A DNA stretch of 61,126 nt, filler included. It is 8 parts of 8 records of this genome, joined end to end, with 100 filler letters (N's around TTAATTAATTAA, not from the genome) between each part and the next. Parts side by side here need not be neighbours in the genome. Positions count along the whole stretch, not along the records: positions 55,589 to 61,126 come from SRR31147125_16208; 7 more parts are not named here. One strand, 5' to 3'. How positions within the stretch are numbered: position 1 is the first letter of the stretch; each line of letters opens with the position of its first letter. The notes under the pieces were generated by a model. The model was not told the DNA's origin. It saw only the letters and a program-made list of their open reading frames with translations, and made no database searches. Position numbers and translations under genes: made by a program. Below are positions 59,609-61,126 of this stretch, piece after piece.

Positions 59609-60279
59609 ATCTGTGTCTGAAAATATTTTCAAAACGGTAAACATTGATATGGATGCGATACCTATAATAACAGAGAGTACGGCAGCCCTTTTGAATTCAC
59701 CGTTAAAAACAGCGTTGTATATTTCAAGGGAAAGTGTGTTTGTCCTGCCGATAATATTACCGCCAAGCATGAGGGTCATTCCCACTTCCCCAAGGGACCT
59801 TGCCAGTGCCAAAAGCAGCCCTGCAAGTATACTCCTTTTGGCACAGGGTAAAAGAACTTTTAAGAAAATAATTGTTTCCGATTTGCCGAGCATCGCTGCC
59901 ACTTCGCTTAGTTTTAATGCTTCGGCCGATTTCAGGGCAGCCTGCACAGGCTTGATCTGGAGGGGAAGGCCGGAGATAAAGGCCGCCACCACCAGTCCCG
60001 GGAAAGCAAAGATGATGCTTTCATTGAAAAAACTGCCCACAGGACCGTTGCGGCCCAGAATCATCAGCAGGATAAAACCGGTTGCCACCGGCGGAAAAAC
60101 CAGGGGAAGCGTAACTGCCGCATCCACCATATGATTAACCATCCCTTTGGAACGGGCCAGCCAGAATGCAATGGGAATTCCCACAAGCAGATGCAGGGTC
60201 CCTGCCGCGGCCAGGACCCGGACGGAAAGGCCCAGGGGGTCAGGGTTGAGCTGTCTGAAAGGATGGTCCAGACATCCAT
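59606..60279 (-). CDS. modB: molybdate ABC transporter permease, frameshift in C5 run ~60235-60239
   Basis: LPLVFPPVATGF.LL...GRNG, ARSLGEVG.T; true N-terminus MDVWTILSDSSTLTP overlaps modA stop (TGATG). Confidence 0.85.
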
Positions 60280-61010
60280 CAGTTAATCTGCATTCCGTGA
60301 GCAGAAACAATGCTCCGGGCGTTTTCGGAGTTGAGGAATCGGATGAAGCCGGCAGATGCATCACCGTTGGCCGAATGGGCCAGCTGCCCGATAATTATGA
60401 GTATCGGACCATAGGCTGATTCATCAACCGGCACATAGCCGCCGATGGATTTTAAAATTTTGCGGGCGTGGGTCTGGTTGATAAAGGCAAAATCCACTTC
60501 TCTGGCGATGACATAGGATGCGGACTGGGGAACCGTGGCAACCATGAGGAGTTTAGATGCCACTTGGTTGAATATTTTTTTGTTATGGAGGTATTCAAGG
60601 GCTGCTTTGCCGTATATGGCCCTTTGGGTGTCCGGCAGTGCAATGCGTGATACCGCGGGGGAGAGGAGATGATCCGGGCCTGAAAAGGTTTTCCCCTTTG
60701 CATAGGCCAGTACAAGCCGTCCTCTTCCCACGGTTTTTATTGTGCTGAATTCAAGATCTGTCTTGTCCAGAAAGGACTTGTCTCCAAGTACCAGATCCAC
60801 TGTCCCGCTGTTTTTGGCCTGTGCGGAAACCTGGGCCATATTACCATAGATAAGTTCTACCTTTTTGCCTGTTTCCGAGGTATAAACCCGGGTCAGTTCA
60901 TCCACCAGGGCGCGGTATCCCGCACCTGACGCGATGATTATCCTTGCATGCAAAGGTGGGGTAAGGCAGAGGGTTAAAAAAATAAAAACAATAACCGATT
61001 TGATATTCAT
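60279..61010 (-). CDS. modA: molybdate ABC transporter substrate-binding protein
   Basis: Signal peptide, ASGAGY, IALPD...AIYGKAA, ATVPQ; adjacent modB. Confidence 0.8.
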   Translation of the reverse strand: MNIKSVIVFIFLTLCLTPPLHARIIIASGAGYRALVDELTRVYTSETGKKVELIYGNMAQVSAQAKNSGTVDLVLGDKSFLDKTDLEFSTIKTVGRGRLVLAYAKGKTFSGPDHLLSPAVSRIALPDTQRAIYGKAALEYLHNKKIFNQVASKLLMVATVPQSASYVIAREVDFAFINQTHARKILKSIGGYVPVDESAYGPILIIIGQLAHSANGDASAGFIRFLNSENARSIVSAHGMQIN

Positions 61011-61030
61011 TCTATATTTTCCTTAAGTTT

Positions 61031-61062
61031 CCCAGTTTCTGCCATATAGGGTATGGCCGTTA
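61031..61062 (-). repeat. 32-bp direct repeat, copy A
   Basis: TAACGGCCATACCCTATATGGCAGAAACTGGG (minus), just upstream of the modA RBS. Confidence 0.7.
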
Positions 61063-61126
61063 TTAGGAAAGAACCAGGTCGGCCTGGTTCATTCGTTCAT
61101 GATAAAGGTTGTCCCTGGGTCTTTTT

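Overview
This window is not one genome. It is eight unrelated (meta)genomic contigs joined by 100-nt artificial spacers (N44-TTAATTAATTAA-N44); taxonomic labels are inferred from gene content and composition only. (1) 1-11885, low-GC Firmicutes-like: vWA/XpaC/SBP/TelA stress cluster, DUF2975-HTH-DUF4153 operon, surface-glycosylation cluster. (2) 11986-21538, Spirochaetia-like housekeeping: M14 peptidase, rsmD, thioesterase, Na/Pi transporter, argH, RdhA/QueG-like Fe-S protein, glmS. (3) 21639-28024: patatin, UroD-like, Gfo/Idh/MocA, lipoprotein. (4) 28125-33352 and (5) 33453-43862, Bacteroidota (Prolixibacteraceae-like). (6) 43963-49065, Desulfobacterota-like cobalamin uptake locus with a cobalamin riboswitch. 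(7) 49166-55488: EFR1 ferredoxin flanked by REP/MITE-like repeats, M1 aminopeptidase, ketopantoate reductase family. (8) 55589-61126, Desulfobacteraceae-like tctCBA, DUF364-like gene, modAB. Many genes, including essential glmS, carry single-base indels that are most likely sequencing errors. The standout is the first ~1.2 kb of contig 5, largely missed by the ORF track. Three tightly packed phage-like reading frames each contain one in-frame TGA that reads naturally as Trp, and all end in TAA. They abut a palindromic att-like junction that truncates a host PQQ-like beta-propeller gene, while the adjacent host genes encode every Trp as TGG. This looks like the end of a TGA-recoded (code 4) prophage integrated in a standard-code Bacteroidota host.
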